Virus record (IMG/VR): IMGVR_UViG_3300020577_003668 | Location: 41,546-105,545 of that record | DNA: 64,000 bases | Reading direction: 5' to 3' (one strand) | Source of the DNA: a virus | Taxonomy: Duplodnaviria; Caudoviricetes | Shown here: positions 62,850 to 64,000 of the stretch, piece by piece | How positions within the stretch are numbered: position 1 is the first letter of the stretch | How the letters are laid out: every line of letters starts with the position of its first letter | Position numbers and translations under genes: made by a program | The notes under the pieces: model-generated | Seen by the model: only the letters and a program-made list of their open reading frames with translations | Database searches by the model: none | Told to the model about the DNA's origin: nothing

Positions 62850-63017
62850 CTATGAGAAGGTAATCGTTACTCTAGGAGTACCGGAAGTAGTGCCAAGGGA
62901 TATTAGAGTTATTCCTGATAGCACTACTACTACAGGGCCTTCTTTCCATGAAGGTGTAAATGTTGGTTTAGTTAGTAAAGCGTTGTACGCGGGTACTAGT
63001 TTTGCTTGTACTGCCAT
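62850..63017 (-). CDS. 55-aa hypothetical protein (not in ORF track)
   Basis: GGAG RBS; MAVQAKLVPAY.. resembles the start of 60205-62361. Confidence 0.55.
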   Translation of the reverse strand: MAVQAKLVPAYNALLTKPTFTPSWKEGPVVVVLSGITLISLGTTSGTPRVTITFS

Positions 63018-63029
63018 AGTGCCCTACTC

Positions 63030-63647
63030 CTAGATTTGAATCCAGCCATAAACACCTGGTTCCCAGACGTTGTTAGCAACGATGCTCTTCCAATTAAATC
63101 CATTATGTGTGACCTCTGCATCCACTGGATACGAGTCATGTGCTCCCGTAGGTTGAACCCACGTTGGGAGTGGGGGCACGCCAGACGGCGGCACAATTGC
63201 GGCTTTCCGCCAGGCGCTAACCCCCGGTTCCCATACGTTGTTGTCCAACAGTGAAGTCCAAAGACTGCCATTGTGTTTCACCAAGGCGTCTTTCACATAC
63301 GAGTCATGGGCACCTGTGGGTTGAATCCAGGTCGGAGTATCGGAATCAGCGTCAGCCCATCCACTCACTCCAGGCTCCCATACGTTACCCTTAATCGTAG
63401 AACGCCATCGCGTGCTGTTGTGGCTCACAATCGCTCCAAGATCGTAGGCAGCGTTTGGGCCTTCCGGTTGAGTCCAAGGCAAAGCTAACGAATCATCGGT
63501 GATGCTGTCGGCTACGTAGTACCACCCATCTTGAACGTGGCCTTCAACCGAATAATCGACCACATAGAGGCTGTATCCAGGCGCATGTACAAAGTTGTCG
63601 GCAATCACTACATGACCGTCCGGAAATGTCTTAATGAGTTTACCCAT
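63030..63647 (-). CDS. Protein with three CBM5/12-like carbohydrate-binding repeats
   Basis: W.QP.G.H.SY..V.HNG..W.S...NNVWEPGV..W repeated three times. Confidence 0.88.
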   Translation of the reverse strand: MGKLIKTFPDGHVVIADNFVHAPGYSLYVVDYSVEGHVQDGWYYVADSITDDSLALPWTQPEGPNAAYDLGAIVSHNSTRWRSTIKGNVWEPGVSGWADADSDTPTWIQPTGAHDSYVKDALVKHNGSLWTSLLDNNVWEPGVSAWRKAAIVPPSGVPPLPTWVQPTGAHDSYPVDAEVTHNGFNWKSIVANNVWEPGVYGWIQI

Positions 63648-63652
63648 GTTGC

Positions 63653-64000
63653 TTATCCTGTTACCGTCCAGCCCTTTGATGTGGCTATTGAAGGTGTGTC
63701 GCCGGTTGTGCCGTAATTGTTGGTAACTGTGATGGTTTGAGCGCCAGCTGCTGTGCCGAGGCCTGTATAGATATTATTGAGCTCATTGGCCGATAGTTTG
63801 CAGTTCGAATAGCTGATCGCCCTGGTGGGACCGGCCGTCCTGCCTCCTTCCAACGAGAAGCAGCTGTTGAACATGTTGGAGAAATTGGTACCGGCCGCTG
63901 TGTTTAGCAATGGTATAGATTGTAATGAAAAACAGCTGACGAACATGTTGGAGAAATTGGTACCGGCCGCTGTGTTTAGCAATGGTATAGATTGTAATGA
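63653..64000 (-). CDS. BspA/DUF285-type repeat protein, C-terminal part
   Basis: 72-bp repeats encoding NTAAGTNFSNMF.SCFSLQSIPLL; C-terminal IATSKGWTV; open to the window edge. Confidence 0.85.
   Translation of the reverse strand, partial: SLQSIPLLNTAAGTNFSNMFVSCFSLQSIPLLNTAAGTNFSNMFNSCFSLEGGRTAGPTRAISYSNCKLSANELNNIYTGLGTAAGAQTITVTNNYGTTGDTPSIATSKGWTVTG

Overview
This window is an internal segment of a lytic T5-like phage genome (Demerecviridae-type gene order, distant from coliphage T5; Gram-negative host implied by spanins). 1-1300 is a non-coding block: tRNA-Glu followed directly by a hammerhead ribozyme, and a convergent ORF-free transcript. 1300-6000 holds leftward early genes (A2-like, metallophosphoesterase, SET domain, SleB-type hydrolase). 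6000-30200 is a very large rightward RNA island: 27 more conventional tRNAs, two tRNA-like RNAs with rearranged arm order (Arg-UCU, Tyr-GUA), several pseudo-tRNAs, a permuted two-piece tmRNA, a Ro60/TROVE gene bracketed by seven Y-RNA (YrlA-type) units, many stem-clamped unknown ncRNAs, and homing endonuclease genes, three of them behind a covarying pseudoknotted RNA motif. 30400-53600 is the T5-type replication module (D3, split NAD ligase, D5, helicase, primase, family A polymerase, D10-D15, dUTPase) plus class II RNR; group I introns interrupt the D10 helicase and nrdJ. 53600-64000 holds leftward late genes: PhoH, a frameshift-split holin/endolysin, spanins, and repeat-rich tail proteins. 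RNA structures were read by eye and need covariance-model confirmation. Several one-base frameshifts fall in homopolymers and may be sequencing errors.
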